This document shows, in pieces, positions 1-7,447 of a DNA stretch of 14,629 bases. The DNA is taken from the NCBI GenBank assembly GCA_040752575.1, contig JBFMGK010000066.1:1-14629 (forward strand). Direction: 5' to 3'. Position numbers and translations under genes: made by a program. Under the pieces are notes generated by a model. It was given only the letters and a program-made list of their open reading frames with translations. It made no database searches and was not told where the DNA came from. The DNA is from Candidatus Bipolaricaulota bacterium (GTDB lineage: Bacteria > Bipolaricaulota > Bipolaricaulia > UBA7950 > UBA9294). How positions within the stretch are numbered: the stretch's first letter is position 1; each line of letters begins with the position of its first letter.

Positions 1-429
1 GAAGCCCGCGTCGACACCTCGCACTTCTCCGGGTTGATCAGCAAGGGCGTCTACGTCGACACGAACGATCCGGTTGCGCCTCACGCCGTCCTGACCATTA
101 CCGGTACGGTGATCCCCCTGGCGGACTATCAGATCACGCCCGGCGACGTCAAGTACCTGTTCTACGTGCTGCTCGACGTCCGGTCTCCCGATGCCTACGC
201 CATGTCTCATCTTCTTGGCGCGATCAACGTGCCGTCCGGGGAACTCGCCGACTGGTTCCAGCGTCTCCCGCAGAACGCCATGATCATCGTTTACGACGAC
301 CGCGGACCGGCGGCCGACGCCGCGGCGCAGTCGCTTCAGGAAGCCGGGTTCGCCGACGCGCGGAGTCTCGCCGGGGGGCTTGAGGGTTGGATCGCAGCGT
401 TCGGAACGTCGTTCGTCCTCTTCCCGTAG
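1..429 (+). CDS. 5'-truncated fusion: C-terminal part of a DUF1573-like Ig domain plus a rhodanese-homology domain (active-site Cys replaced by Asp)
   Basis: Frame 1 is open from base 1 (EARVDTSHFSGLISKGVYVDTNDP...LTITGTV, typical of the end of DUF1573-type domains). Rhodanese motifs follow: LLDVRS..Y..SHLLGAINVP, IIVYDDRG, AGF..ARSLAGGLEGW. Stop TAG 427-429. The true start lies upstream of the window. Confidence 0.8.
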   Translation, partial: EARVDTSHFSGLISKGVYVDTNDPVAPHAVLTITGTVIPLADYQITPGDVKYLFYVLLDVRSPDAYAMSHLLGAINVPSGELADWFQRLPQNAMIIVYDDRGPAADAAAQSLQEAGFADARSLAGGLEGWIAAFGTSFVLFP

Positions 430-438
430 GAGTCCAGC

Positions 439-918
439 GTGCAACGTAGGATCGCCACGAAGTCTCTTTTCGTCGCCGCTGCGGTCTGTGTCCTCGGAAC
501 GACCCTTGGAGCCGCGGCTGAGTCTCCGGTTGTCCTCTTCTTCTTCCAAGACGGCTGCCCTGACTGCGAACTGGTCGACGAGCTCCTCACGGCGTTGGCT
601 CTGGACCTCCCCGAGGGGGCGGTCGAGCGGCACGAGATCAGCGAACGCGAGGCCGGGCGTCTGTTCCGGCGCCTCCGAACCGCCTATGCGGTCGAGGTCG
701 CGACGGTCCCCATGGTGTTCATCGGCGATCAGGTGATTTCGGGAAGCGGGCGGGCCCAGGAGTTTCGCCTGCGCGACGTTGTCGGGCGCTGTGCGACGCT
801 CGGTTGCCCGTCCCCTCTGGAACGCATCGCGCCGCAGGGCTTCGCGTGGCGAGACACGCTGGAAGTCGTCCTCGTCGCCGCCCTCCTGTTTCTGCTCGCG
901 AGGCTCCAATTGTCCTAG
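439..918 (+). CDS. Exported, membrane-anchored thioredoxin/glutaredoxin-fold protein (CPDC)
   Basis: GTG start with AGGAG at 428-432. Signal-peptide-like N-terminus (MQRRIATK + hydrophobic stretch + AAA). VVLFFFQDGCPDC motif (556-567), cis-Pro motif TVPMVFIGD, second Cys pair CATLGC, and a C-terminal hydrophobic helix (VVLVAALLFLLA). Confidence 0.75.
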   Translation: MQRRIATKSLFVAAAVCVLGTTLGAAAESPVVLFFFQDGCPDCELVDELLTALALDLPEGAVERHEISEREAGRLFRRLRTAYAVEVATVPMVFIGDQVISGSGRAQEFRLRDVVGRCATLGCPSPLERIAPQGFAWRDTLEVVLVAALLFLLARLQLS

Positions 919-944
919 ACATACGCCGCTTCTCGCCCTACGCT
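916..944 (+). promoter_or_regulatory. Putative sigma70-type promoter for the sigma factor gene
   Basis: TAGACA (916-921), 17-nt spacer, TACGCT (939-944). GGAGG at 951-955 and ATG at 964. Confidence 0.45.
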
Positions 945-963
945 AGCCGCGGAGGCGATCGGG

Positions 964-1809
964 ATGCCGGGTGACAGCCGAGCGGCGCCGTCTTGGGCAC
1001 TGCCGCCCGACGCAGAAAACGAAGAGATCCTTGCTCGGCTCGCCTCCGCCACGGGACCCGAACGAGCCGCGCTCGAAGAGCAGGTCGTCGCTCGAAACGT
1101 TGGACTTGTGAAGTCGATCGCGCTTCGCTTCACGTACTCCGGGGAGCCCCTGGACGACCTGATCCAAGCAGGCTACATCGGGCTCTTGAACGCCATGGCG
1201 AACTTCAACCTCGCACGCAACACGAAGTTCTCGACCTACGCCAGCCACCTCGTACAGGGAGAAATCCGGCACTACATCCGCGACCGGCACACCACGATCC
1301 GCATTCCGCAGTGGGTGCAATCCATGAACCGGCGCATCAAAGAGGCGGAAGAGGCCTTCTTCCAGGACGCCGGCCACCCGCCGACGCTCGAGGAACTGGC
1401 ACGATCTCTGGATCTTACGCCGGAACAGCTTGCAGCCGTCCTGCGCGGACGCGATGCGATGACCTACGTCTCCATTGATCGGGAGCGGCGAGCGTCGGAT
1501 CCCAACCCCACGCCCCCGACCCTCGAGGAGGTGCTTCACGACAGAGCCGGTGACGGCATGCCTCACGACCTAAGACTCCGGATCGCCGCCGCGATTGAAC
1601 GGCTTGCCACGCTCCAGCAAGAGGTCGTGCACGGCCTCTTCTACCATGGGAAGAGCCAGAGCGAACTGGGCGAGGACCTTGGCATCTCCCAACGACAGGT
1701 CTCACGCATCAAGGAGAAAGCGCTCGACGAACTCCGTGAAGCTCTGTTTCTCGTTTCCGACACCGTCGAGGATCGCCGCCGAACTAACGGAGCGTCTCAT
1801 GAGGCATAA
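964..1809 (+). CDS. RNA polymerase sigma factor, sigma70 group 3 (SigB/SigF/SigG-like)
   Basis: Region 2: NVGLVKSIALRF...EPLDDLIQAGYIGLLNA...F...KFSTYA...GEIRHYIRD....IRIP. Region 3: PPTLEELARSL. Region 4 HTH: SQSELGEDLGISQRQVSRIKEKAL. No region 1.1. RBS GGAGG 8 nt before ATG. Confidence 0.93.
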   Translation: MPGDSRAAPSWALPPDAENEEILARLASATGPERAALEEQVVARNVGLVKSIALRFTYSGEPLDDLIQAGYIGLLNAMANFNLARNTKFSTYASHLVQGEIRHYIRDRHTTIRIPQWVQSMNRRIKEAEEAFFQDAGHPPTLEELARSLDLTPEQLAAVLRGRDAMTYVSIDRERRASDPNPTPPTLEEVLHDRAGDGMPHDLRLRIAAAIERLATLQQEVVHGLFYHGKSQSELGEDLGISQRQVSRIKEKALDELREALFLVSDTVEDRRRTNGASHEA

Positions 1810-2131
1810 TCGGAGCATGGACGGCCGGGAGAGAGAAACCCAGTGCGACTCGGTCGACCTGCTTACGCTGATTGCCCGTGCCCTCGATCAACTTCGCGCG
1901 GCGGTCGACACGCTCGAGAGCCATCGCCCCGAGGCAGGGGCCGCCCACCTTGCAGCGACCATTCGTCAGATCGACCGCTACGTCGACGGCATGGATGACG
2001 ACCCTCTCCTCCGGCTCGCTCCCCTCGAAACGACCACCGTGCGAGAGAGCCTTCGGTCGGTTCGCGCTGACCTCAACGCCGTCGTGGAGAGCATCGCCAG
2101 CCGGGCGACTCGGAACTCCGCCGTTCCCTAG
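1799..2131 (+). CDS. Small all-helical hypothetical protein (~110 aa; alternative start 1817)
   Basis: ATG 1799 preceded by GGAG at 1789-1792, overlapping the end of the sigma gene. Amphipathic helical pattern (DLLTLIARALDQLRAAVDTLES...HLAATIRQIDRYV...VRESLRSVRADLNAVVESI). It exactly fills the gap to the convergent gene. Confidence 0.7.
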   Translation: MRHNRSMDGRERETQCDSVDLLTLIARALDQLRAAVDTLESHRPEAGAAHLAATIRQIDRYVDGMDDDPLLRLAPLETTTVRESLRSVRADLNAVVESIASRATRNSAVP

Positions 2132-3564
2132 CCGTCGAAGTCCGCCACGTACTGACCGTCTCGTCTCTCGATCGTCACGGTGGTCGTCTGTTGCTCGCTT
2201 ACGACGACGGTCCCCGTGATCGCGGGCTGCGTCCCGATGACGACCTGGTACGTCCCCACCGCGAGCTCCGGCCCGGACGCCTCCCCAAGGCGTCCCGTGT
2301 AGACCAGATTGCCTTCGAGGTCGAAGACGGAGTAGCTGAACGGAGCCGAGAGACTCAGCGCATCGCGAAGCTCGTCTCGATTCTCCGCCGCCAGGAACGC
2401 CCCTCCGGTCGCCGCGGCAATCGCCATGAGCTGGTCCCGCGCTTCGCTGTCGCGACCGATGTCGAATCCGACCACGTTGATCTTCAGGTCGTAGCCACCC
2501 TCGATGAGAGCCTTCGCAGATTTGACGGGATCGCCCTTGCAGGTCTCCATCCCGTCCGTGATCAAGAGGACGAGCTTGGTCTCGGTCACCGCGGCGAAGT
2601 CGCCGCGGACCTGATCCAGCGTGTAGGCAATCGGCGTCGCTCCGCGTGTCACCAGCCCCTGGACCGCGGCGCGGAAGGCGGCGCGATCGTTCAGAGGCAC
2701 CACGGGAACGAGGATCTGGCTATTCCCGCAGCCCTGGAAGTAGCGCAGCCCGACGTTCGATCCGGTGGGCAGGTCGTCGAGCAAATCGAGGATGACGTCC
2801 TTGGCAATCTCGATCTTCACCTCGCCGTCGACCTCTTCGGCCATGCTGGACGAGCAATCCATGACAATGAGCAGGCTCGTCGGCCCGCCCTGAAGAGCGA
2901 ACGCCAACTCGCCGACCGGCTGGACGTTCAGGGCTCCCGACGCCGTGCCAGCGAACGTCTGCTGCGCCGGGCCCATGGCCCCGATGGCGTCGACACTTGC
3001 GCCGGGGCAGTTCGAGTGATCCTCGTCGGCAGGGACATCGGTCAGGCGCACAAACCGGAACTCGAGTCCCGCCGGAACGAAGGACTGGATATCGATCCCC
3101 GTCGGACAGGACGACGCCTCGCCGACGCCGTAGAACTGGAAGCCGTCGGCGCTCACCTCGACCCGGCAGGGGCGCCCGTTGGTGATGTACACGAAGAGAT
3201 CGTTCCCAACGCCGTCGACCAGGACGTTGTCGACGAACTCGACGACAAGGACCCCGCGGGCGTCCAGTTCACTGACGCGAAAACCCAAGGCGACAGCGTT
3301 GGTGTCACAACCGTTGCAGCCATGACATCCGTCGGGGTACGCATCCGGGGGACCCAGTGCCGCCTCGGGGTCGTCGTGTGCGTCCCGGACGCAACTCGCC
3401 GCAACGTACTCGATAACGCGGTCCGCGAAAGCAGCATCTCCTGTCGGGAAAGTCACCCCAGCGTACGTCGCTGACTCTGCCCACAGGATCCCCGCAACGG
3501 CCGCCAAAAGGGCCAGGAGGGCGAGGCTCCCAACGAACCAGACGGCACTTGCCCTGCGTTTCAT
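2128..3564 (-). CDS. Secreted VWA-domain protein (YwmC/YwmD-type VWA) with a Cys-rich N-terminal beta domain and a small C-terminal beta domain
   Basis: GGAGGT RBS (complement of 3571-3576) and signal peptide MKRRASAVWFVGSLALLALLAAVAGILWA. N-terminal domain: FADRVIEY...ALGPPD...LVVEFVDN.LVDGVGNDLFVY...VEVSADG...FRFVRLTD...VDAIGA. MIDAS: LIVMDCSSSM, GATPIA, LITDGMETC, AAATGG. C-terminal LAVGTYQVVI. Confidence 0.85.
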   Translation of the reverse strand: MKRRASAVWFVGSLALLALLAAVAGILWAESATYAGVTFPTGDAAFADRVIEYVAASCVRDAHDDPEAALGPPDAYPDGCHGCNGCDTNAVALGFRVSELDARGVLVVEFVDNVLVDGVGNDLFVYITNGRPCRVEVSADGFQFYGVGEASSCPTGIDIQSFVPAGLEFRFVRLTDVPADEDHSNCPGASVDAIGAMGPAQQTFAGTASGALNVQPVGELAFALQGGPTSLLIVMDCSSSMAEEVDGEVKIEIAKDVILDLLDDLPTGSNVGLRYFQGCGNSQILVPVVPLNDRAAFRAAVQGLVTRGATPIAYTLDQVRGDFAAVTETKLVLLITDGMETCKGDPVKSAKALIEGGYDLKINVVGFDIGRDSEARDQLMAIAAATGGAFLAAENRDELRDALSLSAPFSYSVFDLEGNLVYTGRLGEASGPELAVGTYQVVIGTQPAITGTVVVSEQQTTTVTIERRDGQYVADFDG

Positions 3565-3608
3565 CCCGTCACCTCCGCCATGGACTCCCCCACACCTTCC
3601 GCGTGTTC

Positions 3609-3637
3609 ATCATAGTTCGGCGCACAAGGGAAGGCAA
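3609..3637 (-). promoter_or_regulatory. Putative sigma70-type promoter for the minus-strand VWA gene
   Basis: On the minus strand: TTGCCT (3637-3632), 17-nt spacer, TATGAT (3614-3609). Confidence 0.6.
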
Positions 3638-3679
3638 ATGGACACGCGGCGAAACCGTCCCTGGCCTTCCGGCCTCGCG

Positions 3680-3708
3680 TTGCATCGCGCTCGATCGGGC
3701 GCTACACT
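3680..3708 (+). promoter_or_regulatory. Putative sigma70-type promoter for tRNA-Leu and the plsX-fab operon
   Basis: TTGCAT (3680-3685), 17-nt spacer, TACACT (3703-3708). The tRNA starts at 3720. Confidence 0.65.
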
Positions 3709-3719
3709 GCACCCCTGTC

Positions 3720-3806
3720 GCCGAGGTGGCGGAATTGGCAGACGCGCATGGTTGAGGGCCATGTGGGCATACAACGTCCGTGCGGGTTCAAGTCCCGCCC
3801 TCGGCA
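3720..3806 (+). tRNA. tRNA-Leu (anticodon GAG), class II with long variable arm, CCA not encoded
   Basis: Acceptor stem GCCGAGG/CCTCGGC plus discriminator A3806. D arm GCGGAATTGGCAGACGC. Anticodon arm CATGG-TTGAGGG-CCATG (GAG at 3754-3756). Long variable arm. T arm GCGGG-TTCAAGT-CCCGC. Followed by GTAC rather than CCA. Confidence 0.97.
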
Positions 3807-3837
3807 GTACCTCTTCTCGGCGGATGGAAGACACGCA

Positions 3838-4854
3838 ATGCGAATTCTACTCGACGTCATGGGCGGCGATCGTCCGCCGGGCGAGTTGATCGCGGGCGGG
3901 GTCGCGGCAGGTCGTCGCCACGGAATTGAGATGGTCTTCGCGGGCGACGAACTCGTTGTGCGCCGCGCCTTGGATCGAATCGGAGTCTCTCCACGCGACA
4001 CCGCCTTCAGCATCCTGCACGCGCCCGACGTCGTGCGCATGGACGACGCCCCGGTGCGTGCCGCCCGGGAGAAGCGGGATTCGTCCCTCCTGCGTGGCCT
4101 TGGCGCTCTTGCTGAAGCGAAGGTCGACGCGTTTGTGTCTCCCGGCAACACAGGCGCCGTCGTCGCCGGGTCGCTGTTCACCCTCGGCCGTGTCGCCGCG
4201 ATACCTCGGCCGGGGATCCTCGTCGCGCTGCCGACTCTCGAGGGCAGAGACCTTCTCGTGATCGATGTGGGTGCAAACGCCGATTGCTCCGCGGAGCACC
4301 TCGAGTCGTTCGCGCTCATGGGCGTAACCTACGCGCGCTCCGTTCTGGGCATAGCCCAGCCCTCTGTGGGCCTTCTGAACATCGGGGAGGAGGACACCAA
4401 GGGAAACCGTCTCACAATCGAAGCGTTCCGGGCATTGAGGGAGCGGCCGCTCGACTTTCGCGGCAACGTGGAGCCGCACGATCTGCTGACCGAGCGCCCC
4501 GTCGATGTCGTCGTCTGCGATGGATTCGTCGGCAACGTCCTGCTGAAATCCGTCGAGGGCGGCGTCGCCGCAGTCACGACTCTGCTCAAACGGGCCGTCG
4601 TGCGCAATCTCATCACGAAGCTGGGGGCCTTCTTGCTCCAGCACAGCTTCCGCACCTTGCGCGCCACCTTGTCGTACAGCCGCCGAGGCGGAGCCCCGCT
4701 CCTCGGGGTGAACGGCGTGGTGGTCATCGCGCACGGTCGCTCGGATGCCGAAGCCATCGGCAGCGCCATCGATGTCGCCGTGCGCGAGGTTCGTGGCGAC
4801 GTCGTCGCGCGCCTCGCGCGCGGCTTCGAGGGATGGGCGGCCGATGGGATCTAG
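3838..4854 (+). CDS. plsX: Phosphate acyltransferase PlsX
   Basis: MRILLDVMGGD start (the ORF-track start at 3748 lies inside the tRNA). Motifs VSPGNTGA, RPG, IDVGANADC, VGLLNIGEEDTKGN, FRGNVE, DVVVCDGFVGNVLLK, GGAPLLGVNG.V.IAHGRS. Confidence 0.96.
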   Translation: MRILLDVMGGDRPPGELIAGGVAAGRRHGIEMVFAGDELVVRRALDRIGVSPRDTAFSILHAPDVVRMDDAPVRAAREKRDSSLLRGLGALAEAKVDAFVSPGNTGAVVAGSLFTLGRVAAIPRPGILVALPTLEGRDLLVIDVGANADCSAEHLESFALMGVTYARSVLGIAQPSVGLLNIGEEDTKGNRLTIEAFRALRERPLDFRGNVEPHDLLTERPVDVVVCDGFVGNVLLKSVEGGVAAVTTLLKRAVVRNLITKLGAFLLQHSFRTLRATLSYSRRGGAPLLGVNGVVVIAHGRSDAEAIGSAIDVAVREVRGDVVARLARGFEGWAADGI

Positions 4855-5830
4855 GATCGTCGGCACGGGATCGTTCGTACCCCCTCATCGCGTGACCAAC
4901 GCCGAGCTCGCGGCGCGCGTCGATACGTCGGATGCCTGGATTGTCCAACGAACTGGGATCCGCGAGCGACGGCTTCTGGCCGACGATGAACTCCCGTCCG
5001 ACATGGGCGTTCGCGCGGCGGAGAACGCTCTCGCCGCCGCGCAGCGGGATCCGGCCGATGTTGACCTTCTTCTGGTCGCAACCACATTCCCAGACTTGCC
5101 GTGCCCGGGGACCGCGGCGTTCGTTGCGCAGGGCCTACGACTCGGACAGACCCCGTTCTTCGACCTCTCGGCCGGCTGCACCGGCTTCGTCTACGGCCTG
5201 GCGATCGCCGACGCAGCCGTCCGGTCCGGGCTCGCTCGGCGCGTCCTGCTCATTGGAATGGAGGCCCTCTCGCGCGTCACCGATTGGGGTGATCGTCGGA
5301 CTTGCGTGCTGTTCGGCGATGGCGCTGGCGCCGTCCTTCTGGAGTCTGGCCGCGGCAAGAGCGGCGTCCTCGGCGTGGCCCTGCGCGGAGAGCCCGACAA
5401 GGCTTTCCTGTTGCACGTTCCCGCCGGCGGCACGCGACTCCCCGCTTCCCCGGAGACCGTGGCCGGGGGAGAACACACGCTGCGTATGGAAGGCTCGGGG
5501 GTCTTTCGTCGCGCCGTTCCCCTCATGAAGGAGGCGATGGACGAAGCGTTGTCCGCCGCCGAGCTGACCGTCGCGGACGTCGACTGGGTGATTCCCCACC
5601 AAGCCAACATCCGGATCATCGACGCGCTGGCGCGCCGCATCGGTGTGCCCCGCGATCGCGTACTCGTCAACCTTGACCGCGTCGCGAACACTTCGGCCGC
5701 CTCGATCCCCATCCTCTTCGACGAAGCCGTTCGCGACGGGCGCATCGGTCCCGGCCAAACGGTGGTCATGACGGCCTTCGGCGCCGGGGTAACGTACGGC
5801 GCCGCCGTCGTACGCACAGGCCGGACATGA
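4844..5830 (+). CDS. fabH: 3-oxoacyl-ACP synthase III
   Basis: MGSRIVGTGSFVP...TNAEL...VDTSDAWIVQRTGIRERR. Catalytic triad motifs DLSAGCTGF (Cys), PHQAN (His), ANTSAAS (Asn). Also TCVLFGDGAGA and AFGAG. Start overlaps the end of plsX. Confidence 0.96.
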   Translation: MGSRIVGTGSFVPPHRVTNAELAARVDTSDAWIVQRTGIRERRLLADDELPSDMGVRAAENALAAAQRDPADVDLLLVATTFPDLPCPGTAAFVAQGLRLGQTPFFDLSAGCTGFVYGLAIADAAVRSGLARRVLLIGMEALSRVTDWGDRRTCVLFGDGAGAVLLESGRGKSGVLGVALRGEPDKAFLLHVPAGGTRLPASPETVAGGEHTLRMEGSGVFRRAVPLMKEAMDEALSAAELTVADVDWVIPHQANIRIIDALARRIGVPRDRVLVNLDRVANTSAASIPILFDEAVRDGRIGPGQTVVMTAFGAGVTYGAAVVRTGRT

Positions 5831-6696
5831 CGAAGACGGCCCTTCTCTTCCCCGGCCAAGGGACCCTTCCGAGTGACGTCGCCACACTCTCGGGGACAAT
5901 GGCCCGGCTCTATGACCGCGCGGCGCGTGAGGGTCTGCCGATCGAGCGCTGGATACGGGATGCCGACGCAACCGCGCTTCGTCCAACGGACGCGGCGCAG
6001 ATGGCCATCTTCCTCGATGCGCTGGCGCAGGCCGAGGCGCTGGAAGCGGCTGGCATCTCTCCCGATGTCGTGGCGGGCCATAGCCTCGGCGAGTACGCGG
6101 CGCTGGTCGTTGCGGGCGTCCTCGATGCGGACACGGCCTTCGGCCTCGTCCTGCGCCGCGGAAGGCTGATGTCGTCCGTCCGCGGCGGCATGGTCGCCGT
6201 GCTCAAACTTGAAGCCGAGCGCGTGGCAGAGCTTTGCCGGAGCCAGAGCAAGGTGTTCGTCGCCAACCGCAATCTTCCCCTGCAGACCGTCGTCTCCGGG
6301 CCGCTCGATGCTCTGGATTCCCTCGCGGAGGCGGCAACGCGTGAAGGCGGCCGCGCCGTGCGTCTCGCCGTTGCAGGTCCGTTTCACTCTCCGTGGATGG
6401 CGGATGCCGCTTCGCGTCTTGAACCGTTCATCGACCGCGCGCGTTTCGCCTCACCGACGTGCGAGTTCATCTCGTCGGTCTCGGGCCGGAAGGAGTCAGA
6501 CCCCGAGACCCTGCGGCGTCTGTTGAAGACGCAGATGACGGCCTGCGTGCGCTGGCACGACGTCGTGCTATCCCTCCTCGCGACGTCCGTCACCCGCGCC
6601 ATCGAGGTCGGGCCCGGCGAAGTCTTGACGAACCTTGGGCGACGGGCGACCGACCTCATCTCCTTTCAGCCAGCCGAGGAGGTTCTCCGTGGGTGA
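5827..6696 (+). CDS. fabD: Malonyl-CoA:ACP transacylase
   Basis: LFPGQG, GHSLGEYAAL, RGRLM, VANRN...QTVVSG, L.VAGPFHS.WM, EVGPG.VL. ATGA overlap with the fabH stop. Confidence 0.95.
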   Translation: MTKTALLFPGQGTLPSDVATLSGTMARLYDRAAREGLPIERWIRDADATALRPTDAAQMAIFLDALAQAEALEAAGISPDVVAGHSLGEYAALVVAGVLDADTAFGLVLRRGRLMSSVRGGMVAVLKLEAERVAELCRSQSKVFVANRNLPLQTVVSGPLDALDSLAEAATREGGRAVRLAVAGPFHSPWMADAASRLEPFIDRARFASPTCEFISSVSGRKESDPETLRRLLKTQMTACVRWHDVVLSLLATSVTRAIEVGPGEVLTNLGRRATDLISFQPAEEVLRG

Positions 6697-7420
6697 GTTC
6701 GACGGAAAGGTCAGCCTCGTCACTGGGGCAAGCCGGGGCATCGGGCGCGCGATAGCTGGTGCCCTCCAGCAGGCCGGAGCAACCGTCATCGGGCTCGGGC
6801 ACGACGCAGCGGCCGGCCGACGTTTCGAGCAAGAGCTGCCCGGAACGCACTTCCATCTCGTCGACGTCAGAGACCGGAATGCGGTGCGCGGAGCCGTTGA
6901 CAGAGTGACCTCTGTGTGGGGAGGGATCGATCACGTCGTCTGCAGCGCTGGGATCGCACGCGATGCGTTGGTGCTCAGGACCTCGGAGGCGGACTGGCGT
7001 GAGATCCTCGACGTGAACCTCACAGGGACCTTCTACGTCGTGCAAGCTGCGCTTCGCTCGCTTCTGCACCGTCCCCATAGCTCGATCGTCATCGTGTCGT
7101 CGGTCATCGGCAGCACGGGCAACGCGGGTCAAGCCGCCTACGCAGCATCCAAGGCGGGACTCGATGCGTTCTGCCGCAGTCTCGCCAAGGAGGTCGCGTC
7201 GCGCGGCGTGCGCGTGAACGCGATTGCCCCTGGCTTCGTGGACACGCAAATGACCGAAGGTCTTCCCGCCGCCACCCGCAACGCCTACCTTACGAGGATT
7301 CCACTCGGTCGCGCCGCGCGCCCCGACGAGGTCGCGAGCGTTGCCCTCTTCTTGCTTTCAGAAGGGGCATCCTATATAACTGGGCAAGTCATCGGTGTGA
7401 ACGGGGGGCTCTTCCCTTAG
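6689..7420 (+). CDS. fabG: 3-oxoacyl-ACP reductase (SDR family)
   Basis: GTG 6689 with GAGGAGG at 6676-6682. TGASRGIG, AGIARD, SSVIG..GNAGQAAYAASKAG, VNAIAPGFVDT.MT, IPLGR, YITGQVI.VNGG. Located between fabD and acpP. Confidence 0.93.
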   Translation: MGEFDGKVSLVTGASRGIGRAIAGALQQAGATVIGLGHDAAAGRRFEQELPGTHFHLVDVRDRNAVRGAVDRVTSVWGGIDHVVCSAGIARDALVLRTSEADWREILDVNLTGTFYVVQAALRSLLHRPHSSIVIVSSVIGSTGNAGQAAYAASKAGLDAFCRSLAKEVASRGVRVNAIAPGFVDTQMTEGLPAATRNAYLTRIPLGRAARPDEVASVALFLLSEGASYITGQVIGVNGGLFP

Positions 7421-7447
7421 CGTCTTGGATGCAGGAGGTTCTTTTTC

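Noticed and set aside
3307..3327. CHGCNGC as a c-type heme or ferredoxin motif
   Set aside because: There is no CxxCH and no fourth Cys at the ferredoxin spacing. It is kept only as an unexplained Cys cluster.
2191..3474. Long antisense or alternative-frame ORFs (e.g. 2191-3474 +, 3847-4866 -, 5191-6387 -, 9853-10647 -, 12731-13735 +)
   Set aside because: These are shadow ORFs, expected in GC-rich DNA opposite well-supported genes, and they show no recognisable motifs.
3561..3581. Minus-strand 6-codon uORF (MAEVTG) ending in an ATGA overlap with the VWA start
   Set aside because: Its putative RBS is only about 3 nt from the ATG, and the main gene has its own strong GGAGGT. Likely chance.
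3620..3710. Hairpin GGAAGGC(3629-3635)/GCCTTCC(3664-3670) with GGCAAA, CGAAA and CCGGCCT segments superficially like a c-di-GMP-I riboswitch
   Set aside because: The hallmark GACGCAAAG junction is missing. The element lies between two divergent promoters, so it is probably untranscribed, and it points toward a tRNA. An Rfam cmscan would settle it.
3720..3806. tRNA-Leu as a genomic-island attachment site
   Set aside because: No integrase, no duplicated tRNA 3' end in the window, and housekeeping genes follow immediately.
3748..3837. ORF-track N-terminal extension of plsX (similar extensions for fabH 4745, fabG 6635, FTCD 7503, PUA gene 8495, DUF501 12867 and small ORF 1595)
   Set aside because: The extensions overlap the tRNA or the upstream genes. 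Family-typical N-termini and RBS positions support the later starts.
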